NCBI GenBank assembly: GCA_046348685.1 | Contig: JAXMDT010000004.1 | Location: 128,473 to 192,472, forward strand | Reading direction: 5' to 3' | From: Rickettsiales bacterium | GTDB lineage: Bacteria; Pseudomonadota; Alphaproteobacteria; Rickettsiales; UBA998 | DNA length: 64,000 nt | In this document: piece after piece, positions 30,719 through 40,071 of the stretch | Numbering within the stretch: the first letter of the stretch is position 1 | Layout: each line of letters starts with the position of its first letter | Notes under the pieces: model-generated | What the model was told of the DNA's origin: nothing | What the model saw: only the letters and a program-made list of their open reading frames with translations | Databases searched by the model: none | Translations under genes and position numbers: made by a program

Positions 30719-32893
30719 ATGGCAATTACCCCGATAGGCTATCTGCTTTCGGATATTACGGCAGCGCCCGGCATCGGCAAGGCTACGGCGGAGCCACTGG
30801 TTCGTTTGCTCAGAACTATCAAGCCCGCCTTAATTACAGAAGAACCGCAATTACCCTCACTACCTAAAATCCGTGATTTGCTATTTCATCTGCCAAGCCA
30901 GATGATCGACCGCAGGCGCACCAGCCTTCCTACTTTACAGGAGGAAAAAGCTCTGGTGACAATGCTTGTGGAGGTCGAGACCCATCATCCTCCTCGTGGG
31001 GGTAAGGGCGGGAAGCGACCGCCATACCGGGTTGTCTGCAGTTATCCGCACGGCACCGTGACCCTGATCTTTTTCCATGCCGATCGCGCTTACATGGAAC
31101 GTCTGCTCCCGGTTGGAGAGAAGCGGGGTATTAGCGGTGTTGTGGAATGGTATGACGGCATGTTGCAGATGCCGCACCCGGATGTGATTGTCGCGGGCGA
31201 AAAATATGAATCATTGCTGCGGCAGGAAGCAGTCTATCCATTAACGGCGGGACTCTCTCATCGGCGGCTTGGTAGCTGGATACAGAAAGCCCTGGACAAA
31301 TTGCCAGCTTTACCTGAGTGGCAGGATATAGCGGCCCGTGACGCCAAGAATTGGCCAAGCTTTAAAGATGCGCTGCGCATACTCCACAATCCTGAAGATG
31401 CGGCAATGCTCGATCCACAGCATCCGGCACGGCAGCGCCTTGCCTATGATGAGTTGTTCGGCAGCCAACTGGCGCTGCAGCGCCTGCGCAAGCGCATGCA
31501 GACTGGCGGCGCCATAAAAGTGGAAACGCATCCTGAAAAAGGCCAGTCGGCCCGGCTGAAAGCAACATTGCCGTTTCAATTAACGCATGGGCAGCAGGAA
31601 GTGCTTGCGGACATCTTTTCCGATCTGGCCTCTGGCGAGCGTATGCTCAGATTGCTGCAAGGCGATGTGGGCAGCGGCAAAACCGTGGTAGCGTTTCTGG
31701 CGATGATGGCTGTTATTGATGCCGGGTATCAGGCCGCGATTATGGCGCCGACAGAAATCCTGGCCCGACAGCATGCTAAAACAATCGGCGGCTATTTAAA
31801 GGAAAGCGGGATTTCGTGGGCACTGCTAACCGGCAGCATGAGCACGGGTGAGAAAGCAGATGTCCGACGCCGCATGGAGTCAGGGGATGTCTCGCTCGTC
31901 ATCGGGACGCATGCTTTGTTTCAGGAATCCATAGCTTTCAAGAAATTGGGATTAATCGTCATCGACGAGCAGCACCGATTCGGTGTTACCCAGCGCATGG
32001 CGCTTTCCAAAAAAGGATTCCGGCCACATGTTCTTCTCATGACTGCGACGCCCATTCCGCGCACGATTACGATGACGCTTTACGGCGATCTCGATGTTTC
32101 TTCGCTCAAGGAAAAGCCGGCCGGCCGCCAGCAAATTATCACGCGCGCCGTGCCTGCATCCCGAATCGCTGAAATTACGGAGCGTTTGCAGTTAGCGATT
32201 GCGGATGGGCAAAAGGCATACTGGATTTGCCCGCTAATTGAAGAGACTGTTACAGGCGCTTCGATGTTAAACTCCGTACAGGCTGCGGAGGAGCGTTACC
32301 GACACCTAAAGAATATTTTTGGCGAACGGGTCGGGCTTGTACATGGCCGCATGAAACCGGCCGAAAGGGATAAGGTCATGCAGGGATTTGCCGGAAACAA
32401 GTTTGATATTCTGGTAGCGACGACGGTTGTTGAGGTTGGGGTGGATGTCCGGGACGCAACCATTATTGTCATTGAAAATGCGGAGCGGTTTGGTTTGGCG
32501 CAGCTGCACCAGTTACGCGGCAGAGTAGGCAGAGGAGAGCGCCAATCCAGCTGCATTCTGCTCTATCAAGATCATTGCACGGAGCAGGCACGCGAGCGGC
32601 TAAAAGTCATTCGTGAGCACGACGATGGCTTTCTGATCGCGGAAAAAGATTTGGAGTTGCGCGGCGGCGGTGATTTGCTCGGAGCGCGGCAAAGCGGTTG
32701 GGCAGAATTATACTTGGCGGATTTAGGTGTGCATCGCGACCTGGTAACGCAGGCGCGCACGGATGCAAAAGCGCTTTTTCAGACTGATCCAGAATTGCAC
32801 ACGGCACGCGGAATGGCGGCTAAACAGTTGCTCGCACTATTTGGTTATACGCAAGGAAGTTTCGCAGAAATTGAGATGACAGGCGCCGCTTAA
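30719..32893 (+). CDS. recG: ATP-dependent DNA helicase RecG
   Basis: 724 aa. Wedge/OB N-domain, then SF2 motifs GDVGSGKT, DEQHRFG, MTATPIPRT, QLHQLRGRVGRG. Confidence 0.95.
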   Translation: MAITPIGYLLSDITAAPGIGKATAEPLVRLLRTIKPALITEEPQLPSLPKIRDLLFHLPSQMIDRRRTSLPTLQEEKALVTMLVEVETHHPPRGGKGGKRPPYRVVCSYPHGTVTLIFFHADRAYMERLLPVGEKRGISGVVEWYDGMLQMPHPDVIVAGEKYESLLRQEAVYPLTAGLSHRRLGSWIQKALDKLPALPEWQDIAARDAKNWPSFKDALRILHNPEDAAMLDPQHPARQRLAYDELFGSQLALQRLRKRMQTGGAIKVETHPEKGQSARLKATLPFQLTHGQQEVLADIFSDLASGERMLRLLQGDVGSGKTVVAFLAMMAVIDAGYQAAIMAPTEILARQHAKTIGGYLKESGISWALLTGSMSTGEKADVRRRMESGDVSLVIGTHALFQESIAFKKLGLIVIDEQHRFGVTQRMALSKKGFRPHVLLMTATPIPRTITMTLYGDLDVSSLKEKPAGRQQIITRAVPASRIAEITERLQLAIADGQKAYWICPLIEETVTGASMLNSVQAAEERYRHLKNIFGERVGLVHGRMKPAERDKVMQGFAGNKFDILVATTVVEVGVDVRDATIIVIENAERFGLAQLHQLRGRVGRGERQSSCILLYQDHCTEQARERLKVIREHDDGFLIAEKDLELRGGGDLLGARQSGWAELYLADLGVHRDLVTQARTDAKALFQTDPELHTARGMAAKQLLALFGYTQGSFAEIEMTGAA

Positions 32894-33063
32894 TCCGTCG
32901 CCCATTCGCAGGCTTCATCTTCTTTCGAAATACACTTATTAGGGTTTTTATCAGCCGTATTTTTGTAGTGCCACCATGAAGCATTAGCATGCTCCTTGAG
33001 ATGCTCAACGTCATCGGCAATCACATCTTCATCGTTGTTGGCAGAGAAAAAACGGTTGTCCAT
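32890..33063 (-). CDS. possible small acidic protein (57 aa), below the ORF-track cutoff
   Basis: Own translation: MDNRFFSANNDEDVIADDVEHLKEHANASWWHYKNTADKNPNKCISKEDEACEWATD. The ATG at 33063 is preceded by GAGGG 5 nt upstream. The stop overlaps the recG stop. No family recognised. Confidence 0.35.
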   Translation of the reverse strand: MDNRFFSANNDEDVIADDVEHLKEHANASWWHYKNTADKNPNKCISKEDEACEWATD

Positions 33064-33170
33064 AATGCCCTCGCTTGCTGATGCACAAAGTCTATGAAAA
33101 GATCAGGACACACGTCAACAAAAGAACGCACGTAAAACGCGAAAAAAGTTTTTGCAACGCAACAGAAAAG

Positions 33171-33800
33171 CTACTTGTTCTGCAGCGTGTCTGTAGACCC
33201 TACTGACGGTTTTTGTGCAAGCAGTGCTGCGACATGATTGCTTAGATCAAGCAAGGATTTCTGGAATGATTCGTCAAATGCAGCGACGATCTGTTCCATG
33301 CTGTTTGCTCCAGCCTTAACGCTCGAAGTAGAGATAAATGTACCAAAAACTTTTTGCGTTGCAGCATCAGAAAGCTTGGCTGATAAAGTAACATGTACAA
33401 CCGGCGCAGCATCATTTCCCATATATTCCGCCTGAAAGTCCTGAATGGAAATGGAGAGAATATCATCTGCAGCAGTAGGAATCTCATCATTGGTAACGGA
33501 CGTGGCCACCGCTTGCTGCTCCAATGTTTTTACGATCGTCGCCTGCACCATCTCCGGTAGCGGACTTGGCCACCGGCTATCAGCGTAATAATCGAAACTG
33601 GTAGGGCTATGTTTTAATGCAATACGGTCTGTGGAAAGCCCGGGGGCTGCTGTCGGTGCGACAACTTCCAGATCACGTGCAACCTGCTGGGCGGCCGGAG
33701 ACGTCTTTGGCGCATTCAGGATATAAATGTGAGCAGGATCTGATTGGCTGAGGCATCCGCCAAGCAACAAAAGAGCAGGAAATAAAAGGCATGTTTTCAT
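33171..33800 (-). CDS. ABC-transport auxiliary lipoprotein (DUF330-type) of the MCE system
   Basis: 209 aa. Lipobox LLLGGC. 4-nt overlap with the upstream MCE gene, the usual fourth gene of alphaproteobacterial Mla-like operons. Confidence 0.7.
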   Translation of the reverse strand: MKTCLLFPALLLLGGCLSQSDPAHIYILNAPKTSPAAQQVARDLEVVAPTAAPGLSTDRIALKHSPTSFDYYADSRWPSPLPEMVQATIVKTLEQQAVATSVTNDEIPTAADDILSISIQDFQAEYMGNDAAPVVHVTLSAKLSDAATQKVFGTFISTSSVKAGANSMEQIVAAFDESFQKSLLDLSNHVAALLAQKPSVGSTDTLQNK

Positions 33801-34693
33801 GGTACTTTATAACCTTTATAATTAGGGGAGAATAAAAGCTGAGCCGGATCGCGATTTAAAGAATTGCCTAAAGCGTCCAGTTCCCGCAGCGTTTTTTTCA
33901 TCTCGACCAGCACGCCATTTAACTCGTGATATCCTTGTCCTGCGAAGCGGTTGCTTTTTTGCAAAAGCGAGGTGAGTTCCTCAACTGCCTCTTTGGTTTT
34001 TTCGATCGTGACTTTTACATCGTAACGGCTTTCATCGGAAAGCTTACGTATGCTTTCGGACGTCTGGGCAAGATTTGTCATCGCAACATTCGTTTGCTCC
34101 AGCAGCGAATTAATTTGCTTGGTGTTATCATTCAGATTTGCCGTAAAGCCCTGAACATTTCCAAGCGTAGCGGAAAAGGCGGCTACATTTTTATCGTCGA
34201 ACATTTTATTGGTCTGCTCAACAAGCGTGTTCAGCTTTTCCATCAACATGGGAATATTGGTAACGATCTGGTCAAAAGAAGAAGGAGTGGAAGGGATAAC
34301 GGCAACTTTGCCTTCTTTCGCTTCCAGCCTAGGTGCCTCCCGTGTCCCGCCCGTAAGCTCAATGTACGTAAGGCCGGTAATGCCTTGTGGCTTAAGCGTG
34401 GCATAGGTATCTGTTTTGACCGGCGTTGTATCCTGAATGCGAATGGTAACCCGTATGCGCTCGGAATTGCTGGGATCAATGGAGATCGTCTGGATGCGGC
34501 CGACCTCTACACCCCGGTATTTCACCGTCGCGCCCTGGTTTAATCCGCTAACCGACTGAGTAAAATAAATGCGGTACTGCTTATACTGAATATCTTCGCC
34601 GTTTCCCGTCAGCCAGATCACGAAAAAGAACATGGCGACAATACCCGCCAGCACGAAGCATCCGACCACAAAATAATTCTGTTTGCTTTCCAT
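33797..34693 (-). CDS. MCE/MlaD-family substrate-binding protein
   Basis: 298 aa. N-terminal TM anchor, MCE domain (VSGLNQGATVKYRGVEVGRIQTISID), coiled-coil C-terminus. Confidence 0.85.
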   Translation of the reverse strand: MESKQNYFVVGCFVLAGIVAMFFFVIWLTGNGEDIQYKQYRIYFTQSVSGLNQGATVKYRGVEVGRIQTISIDPSNSERIRVTIRIQDTTPVKTDTYATLKPQGITGLTYIELTGGTREAPRLEAKEGKVAVIPSTPSSFDQIVTNIPMLMEKLNTLVEQTNKMFDDKNVAAFSATLGNVQGFTANLNDNTKQINSLLEQTNVAMTNLAQTSESIRKLSDESRYDVKVTIEKTKEAVEELTSLLQKSNRFAGQGYHELNGVLVEMKKTLRELDALGNSLNRDPAQLLFSPNYKGYKVP

Positions 34694-35448
34694 TAGCCTT
34701 TACCATCCAGTACCGCCCGTGCACGCGGCCCATGGAAATATTCATAAATCCATGGATGTTTATGTTCCAGCAGATTCTGCAGCGTATCGACGATGATTTT
34801 CTTATCCACCAGAACGGCAATGCGGTCGCAGATACTAAACAATGTATCCAGATCATGCGTGATAATGACAATAGTGAGCCCCAGACTTTTCTGTAAATCC
34901 TTTACAAGTTCATCAAACTTGGCAGCGGCAATGGGGTCAAGGCCGGCAGTCGGCTCATCGAGAAAAAGAATATGGGGATCGAGTGCCAATGCACGCGCCA
35001 ACGCTGCCCGTTTGATCATCCCGCCAGATAATTCCGAGGGAAATTTTGCAGCGGATTCCGGAGGCAGCCCGGCAAGCAGAATTTTTTGCATTGCCAGCTC
35101 CTGCAGAGCGCCCCGCGAAGCATCGGCATGCTCCTGAAGTGGAATCATGACATTCTGCAATACGGTTAACGATGAAAACAGCGCTCCTTGCTGAAAAAGC
35201 ACGCCGACATCGCGCGCATCCGTGCATTCGCCATCAGGACGGCGGTTACCGAGAATAAAGATTTCGCCTTCTTTCGGCTGCTGCAAGCCAATAATACTGC
35301 GCATAAGCACTGATTTGCCAGATCCGGAGCCACCCACAATGCCAATGATTTCGCCCTGACTGATTTCAAATGACAGGTTGTCGTGCACCAGCTGTCTGCC
35401 AAAGCGATTGACCAGGCTTTTAACGCGAATAGCGGGTGTATCATTCAT
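34693..35448 (-). CDS. ABC transporter ATP-binding protein, MlaF-like
   Basis: 251 aa. Walker A GGSGSGKS, signature LSGGMIKR, Walker B LFLDEPT. Confidence 0.9.
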   Translation of the reverse strand: MNDTPAIRVKSLVNRFGRQLVHDNLSFEISQGEIIGIVGGSGSGKSVLMRSIIGLQQPKEGEIFILGNRRPDGECTDARDVGVLFQQGALFSSLTVLQNVMIPLQEHADASRGALQELAMQKILLAGLPPESAAKFPSELSGGMIKRAALARALALDPHILFLDEPTAGLDPIAAAKFDELVKDLQKSLGLTIVIITHDLDTLFSICDRIAVLVDKKIIVDTLQNLLEHKHPWIYEYFHGPRARAVLDGKG

Positions 35449-36572
35449 ATTTTCAAATTTGAGAAAAGTATGGAGAACAGGGCATCCGCGAGCAAGACAA
35501 GAAAGATTGACGCCACGACTGAAATGGTTGTCAGTTTACCCACGCTTTCCGCCGAGCTGCCTACTTTCATCCCGCAAAGGCAGCCGACAATCCCGATAAG
35601 GAAAGCAAAAACCGGAGCCTTCACAAAACCGACCCAGAAATGCTTGATGTTGACCGCGGTCTGTATTCGCGACAGATATTGTTCAATAGGTATGCCAAGC
35701 AGGTTGTTGGTGACAACGCCAACTCCGAAAAGCCCCATTATATCAGCAATAAAGGTGAGAATTGGCAAGGTGATGACCAGTGCTATCAAACGCGGTACGA
35801 CCAGAAGTTCGAACGCATCCAGTCCCATGACCCGCATTGCATCGATCTCCTCGTTTACCTTCATAACGCCAATTTCTGCCGTGAACGCGCTGCCAGAACG
35901 CCCGGCTACCATGATCGCGGTAAGTAAAACTCCCATTTCGCGCAGGATGGAAATGGCGGTAAGGTCAACTGTGAAAATATCAGCGCCGAATTGACGCAGT
36001 TGATTGGCTCCCTGGTAAGCAAGGACTACGGCAATTAAAAAAGCAATGAGGGAGACAATCGGAATTGCATCGACACCGGTTTCATCTATATGCCGGATGA
36101 TCGAATTCCAGCGCGCCGAGGCGGAGGTGAAAATACTCCGCATGATAGTGACCATCGCCTCACCGAGAAACGAGATCAGCAGATACGCGCCGCCCATAAC
36201 GCCTACCGTACGATGCCCGAGCCTTTCAATTAGCGATTTCAGGGGGTTGCGAAGATGGTGATGAGGGTCAGGCGGTGTCGTGTCAAGGTCGGTCAGGGTG
36301 AGAATTTCCTGGTGCCTGGGCTGCAGATTGGATGTGGTGATATCGGCGCCGGATGCCATCATCCTGCTTAACAATTTACGTAGCATCCAGGCTCCGGACG
36401 TATCAAGCTGCTCTAAGCCGCTGCCATCGATTTCCATTTGCGAGAAGCGATTTTTTCCAACCTCCTCCGCATCTTTTTCAAGCGTTGCCAGATGCGCAAG
36501 ATTCCACGCGCCCTGAAGATGCAGGATTGCCTGGGAGCCTTGTTGCTCTAACGTGAAAAAAGAAGAGGGCAC
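35445..36572 (-). CDS. MlaE-family ABC permease with N-terminal STAS-like domain
   Basis: 375 aa. First ~100 aa are STAS-like (AILHLQGAWNLAHLATLEK...LDTSGAWML), followed by the MlaE polytopic core. Confidence 0.85.
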   Translation of the reverse strand: MPSSFFTLEQQGSQAILHLQGAWNLAHLATLEKDAEEVGKNRFSQMEIDGSGLEQLDTSGAWMLRKLLSRMMASGADITTSNLQPRHQEILTLTDLDTTPPDPHHHLRNPLKSLIERLGHRTVGVMGGAYLLISFLGEAMVTIMRSIFTSASARWNSIIRHIDETGVDAIPIVSLIAFLIAVVLAYQGANQLRQFGADIFTVDLTAISILREMGVLLTAIMVAGRSGSAFTAEIGVMKVNEEIDAMRVMGLDAFELLVVPRLIALVITLPILTFIADIMGLFGVGVVTNNLLGIPIEQYLSRIQTAVNIKHFWVGFVKAPVFAFLIGIVGCLCGMKVGSSAESVGKLTTISVVASIFLVLLADALFSILFSNLKI

Positions 36573-36613
36573 GGCGGGATTGTTTCTGACCGGTACGAAT
36601 TAGTCAAGAAGCG

Positions 36614-38767
36614 TTAGGATTTCCTGGCAACGTTCGATTCTACCCATTGCTTCAGATTGACATAATCCACCTTGCCCGTGCCGAGAATAGGCAGGCTCTC
36701 GCGCGTCAGGATTGTTCGTGGCAGCGATAATTCGCTGATGCCGTGATCACGGTGATATTCGAGGATATCTTCCCGGTGCGCGCGGGCATAGGTTGTTACC
36801 AATACCAGTTGCTCGCCTTTCTTTGCATCTGCAACGGCGATAACTGCATGTTCGTATTGCGGCCAGAGTTCATGGATGTAACTTTCGACTGCAGTAAGCG
36901 AGACCATCTCTCCGCCTATCTTGGCAAAACGCTTGGCCCTTCCCTTGATGCTGACGAAACCATGCGCGTCCACTTCGACAATATCGCCGGTATCATACCA
37001 TCCTTCTTCTGGAGGGGTGAGTACGCCCGGATTATCGGAAAGCATGTATCCTTTCATGACATTCGGGCCTTTGACGTGCAGTCTCCCGCCTGCATCGATG
37101 CCTGGGATGGACTCGAGTTGCCAGGCAATCCCTGGCATAAAGCGTCCAACAGTCCCGGCCCGGCTATGCATAGGCGTATTGCTGGCAATGACGGGAGCGG
37201 TTTCCGTTGCCCCGTAACCCTCGAAGATGCGTACGCCAAATTTGTCTGCCCAGACTTTACGGGTTTCCTCACGTAATTTTTCCGCACCGGCGAATACATA
37301 GCGCACGCTGTAAAAGTCATAGGGATTGGCATAGCGTGCATACCCGGAAAGAAATGTATCGGTGCCGAAGAAAATCGTCGCATTGATGTCGTAAACGAGT
37401 TCCGGTACGACGCGGTAATGCAGCGGTGAGGGATAAAAAAAGGTTTTGATACCCGATAAAATCGGCAGGATCGTGCCACCCGTCAGGCCGAAAGAATGGA
37501 AAATTGGCAAGGCGTTAAAAACAATATCAGTCGGGCCAAAGTCTACTGAAGCGGCAAGCTGAAACCGATTTGCCTGTAGATTAATATGGCTTAGCACTAC
37601 GCCTTTTGGCGTGCCTTCCGAGCCGGATGTAAAGAGGATAACCGCACCATCTTCGGACTGTGGCTGCTTATAATATTTAAGAAAAATTGCTGGATAGAGG
37701 CTGAAGAGAAACCCCTTTAACTTGCAGAAAGTTGGGATAGATTTAGCAATATCTTCGAGATAGAGGATAGTGATATGCATTTCCTCAAGGCTGGTGACAA
37801 TATCCTGCAGTTTTGCGGTTTCAACAAAGCGGCGCGAGGTAATTACCGTTTTGACGAGAGCAATGGTGCATGCTGATGACACGCTTTTGCTTCCCATCGA
37901 AAAATTCAGCATGGCGGGGATGCGCCCGTAAGCTTGCAAGCCAAAGAAAACGGCAATACTTACCGCCATGTTCGGCAGCATAACGCCGACGGCTTCGCCT
38001 TTTTTTGTGGTGTGCTGCAATACATCGCCAAGCACCAAACTACGGAGAATCAATTGGTCGAAAGAAAGTGGTTGGCGCAATGCATCGTCAACAATCTTAT
38101 GCCTGCCTCCATGAATATGTCGTGCATCAATAAGGCTTTCGAATAAGGTTTTTCTTACATCGGAGGTTTCAAAAACCATTTCTTTCATCATGTCGTAGAG
38201 GTGCAGGCCGGCGGCTGCACGGCGTTTGCGGCCTTTCAATTCATCCGGCAGCTGGAGATGACGCGGCGGCAAAATGATGAGCGTAATCTTCGGGAACCAG
38301 CGCAGGCGCACTTTGCCACGCAAACGTGAAAATGGCGTATATTGCGCTCCATCGATGCGGATTGGCAGTATCATGGCATGCGATTTGTCGGCAATCATTC
38401 CCGGGCCTTCGTAAACTTTCATCAGCGAGCCGGTGACTGTGATGCGGCCTTCAGGGAAAATCGCGCATTTTTTACCGCCAGCGACCAGATCGATCAGCGA
38501 TTTAGTTGCCATTGGATTGGATGGATCGAGCGGAAAGGCGTCGACCAGCGGCAAAAAGGGCTGCATCCACCATTTTTTCGCAACATGCGTGTTAATGGCG
38601 AAGGTGATTTTTTCCGGCAAAAACGTGGCAATCAGGGCTGCGTCCAGAAAGGAAAGATGATTAGCGATAATCAGCGCCTTATCACTCGCCGCCTGATAAT
38701 TTTCCAACCCCTGCACTTCAACGCGGTAGCAGAGTTTCAATAAAAAGCGGAGAAAAGAGCGGAGCAT
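36614..38767 (-). CDS. aas: bifunctional 2-acylglycerophosphoethanolamine acyltransferase / acyl-ACP synthetase
   Basis: 717 aa, colinear by eye with E. coli Aas. PlsC-type N-domain (IANHLSFLD, FPEGRITVTGSLMK) and AMP-binding C-domain (LFTSGSEGTPKGV, PIFHSFGLT, YPSPLHYRVVPELVYD, GWYDTGD). Confidence 0.9.
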   Translation of the reverse strand: MLRSFLRFLLKLCYRVEVQGLENYQAASDKALIIANHLSFLDAALIATFLPEKITFAINTHVAKKWWMQPFLPLVDAFPLDPSNPMATKSLIDLVAGGKKCAIFPEGRITVTGSLMKVYEGPGMIADKSHAMILPIRIDGAQYTPFSRLRGKVRLRWFPKITLIILPPRHLQLPDELKGRKRRAAAGLHLYDMMKEMVFETSDVRKTLFESLIDARHIHGGRHKIVDDALRQPLSFDQLILRSLVLGDVLQHTTKKGEAVGVMLPNMAVSIAVFFGLQAYGRIPAMLNFSMGSKSVSSACTIALVKTVITSRRFVETAKLQDIVTSLEEMHITILYLEDIAKSIPTFCKLKGFLFSLYPAIFLKYYKQPQSEDGAVILFTSGSEGTPKGVVLSHINLQANRFQLAASVDFGPTDIVFNALPIFHSFGLTGGTILPILSGIKTFFYPSPLHYRVVPELVYDINATIFFGTDTFLSGYARYANPYDFYSVRYVFAGAEKLREETRKVWADKFGVRIFEGYGATETAPVIASNTPMHSRAGTVGRFMPGIAWQLESIPGIDAGGRLHVKGPNVMKGYMLSDNPGVLTPPEEGWYDTGDIVEVDAHGFVSIKGRAKRFAKIGGEMVSLTAVESYIHELWPQYEHAVIAVADAKKGEQLVLVTTYARAHREDILEYHRDHGISELSLPRTILTRESLPILGTGKVDYVNLKQWVESNVARKS

Positions 38768-40071
38768 TATTGGCCTTGGGCTTTTTGTTTCGCCTGCTGG
38801 TCGACAACTAACTTACGAATCAACCAGGTGACGGGTACATTGACGACGCCGATAGTTAGAAATACATCCAGTAACGTGAAATCCAGATGCGACATGATGT
38901 AAGTAAGCACGGAGGAAAGCACCATGAACAATGCATTGATGACATTATTGCTGGCAACCACGCGCGAACGGTAAGCCTTCTCCGTACGCGACTGCATGAT
39001 GGCATAGAGCGGTACAATGAAAATACCGCCGCTGATAGCCAGCAGCAACATACTAATCAAAATGGGAAAATTTTCCGGGTTGGTCAAAAAACCCATAAAA
39101 TTCTGTAATGGCGCAGCAGGATCCATGTCATACGCACGGCTGGCAAAATAAATAATGAAAATAAAAAGCGTCATGCCAAGCGAGCCATAAGGTACGTAAC
39201 TGCCGTGAATGCGACCTTTCATGAGCGCATTGCAGAGAATGGAACCAATGCCGATCCCCAGCGAAAAGATAGTAAGGAATAAGGTTACTACCGTTTCATC
39301 GGCATGCAGGAAATCTTTTATATAGGCAGGGAACTGGGCGAGGAAGGTAGCGCCGATCAGCCAGAACCAGGAAATACCGATGATGCACAGGAAAACATCT
39401 TCACGGACACGGGCATATTTCATCAGTTTCCAGGTTTCACTGGCGATATTCCAGCCGATTTTCAGCTCAGGATCGGCCGCGGTGCCGCGCGGCAAGAAAT
39501 AGCTTGCTCCCCAGCTGATGAGCGAAGCACTGACCATCACTAATGAAACAATGATCATGCCATTTTCCCGCAGAATCAATAAACCGCCAGTAATCGTGCC
39601 GATCAGGATGGCAAGGAAAGTCCCGGCTTCGACAAGGCCATTTCCGCCCAGCAATTCATCTTCCGGCAGGATTTCTGGTAATACGCCATATTTGATGGGG
39701 CCGAAAAATGTCGCCTGAATACCGAGGAAAAACAATGCCGCCAGCATCACCCATTCGTTTCCAGTAAAGAATGACACGCTACCAAAGACCATACATGGAA
39801 GTTCAGTAAAGCGGATAATGCGGATCATGCGCGCCTTATCGTATTTATCGGCGATCTGGCCTGCCATGGCGGAAAAAAGAAAGAAAGGCAGGATGAAAAG
39901 ACCCGCAGCGAGCGCCAGCAGTTTTTCATTCGGCATTGAGCTGAGACCGTGAAACGTTAGGAGAATGACCATCGCATTTTTGAATACGTTATCGTTAAAC
40001 GCACCAAGAAACTGAGCCACAAAAAGAGGCAGAAACCGCCGTTTCGTCAGAAGAGAAAGACCAGTGCTCAT
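38767..40071 (-). CDS. lplT: MFS lysophospholipid transporter LplT-like
   Basis: 434 aa, 12-TM MFS. N-terminus LLTKRRFLPLFVAQFLGAFNDNVFKNA is typical of LplT. 1-nt overlap with the aas start, the lplT-aas arrangement known from E. coli. Confidence 0.85.
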   Translation of the reverse strand: MSTGLSLLTKRRFLPLFVAQFLGAFNDNVFKNAMVILLTFHGLSSMPNEKLLALAAGLFILPFFLFSAMAGQIADKYDKARMIRIIRFTELPCMVFGSVSFFTGNEWVMLAALFFLGIQATFFGPIKYGVLPEILPEDELLGGNGLVEAGTFLAILIGTITGGLLILRENGMIIVSLVMVSASLISWGASYFLPRGTAADPELKIGWNIASETWKLMKYARVREDVFLCIIGISWFWLIGATFLAQFPAYIKDFLHADETVVTLFLTIFSLGIGIGSILCNALMKGRIHGSYVPYGSLGMTLFIFIIYFASRAYDMDPAAPLQNFMGFLTNPENFPILISMLLLAISGGIFIVPLYAIMQSRTEKAYRSRVVASNNVINALFMVLSSVLTYIMSHLDFTLLDVFLTIGVVNVPVTWLIRKLVVDQQAKQKAQGQ

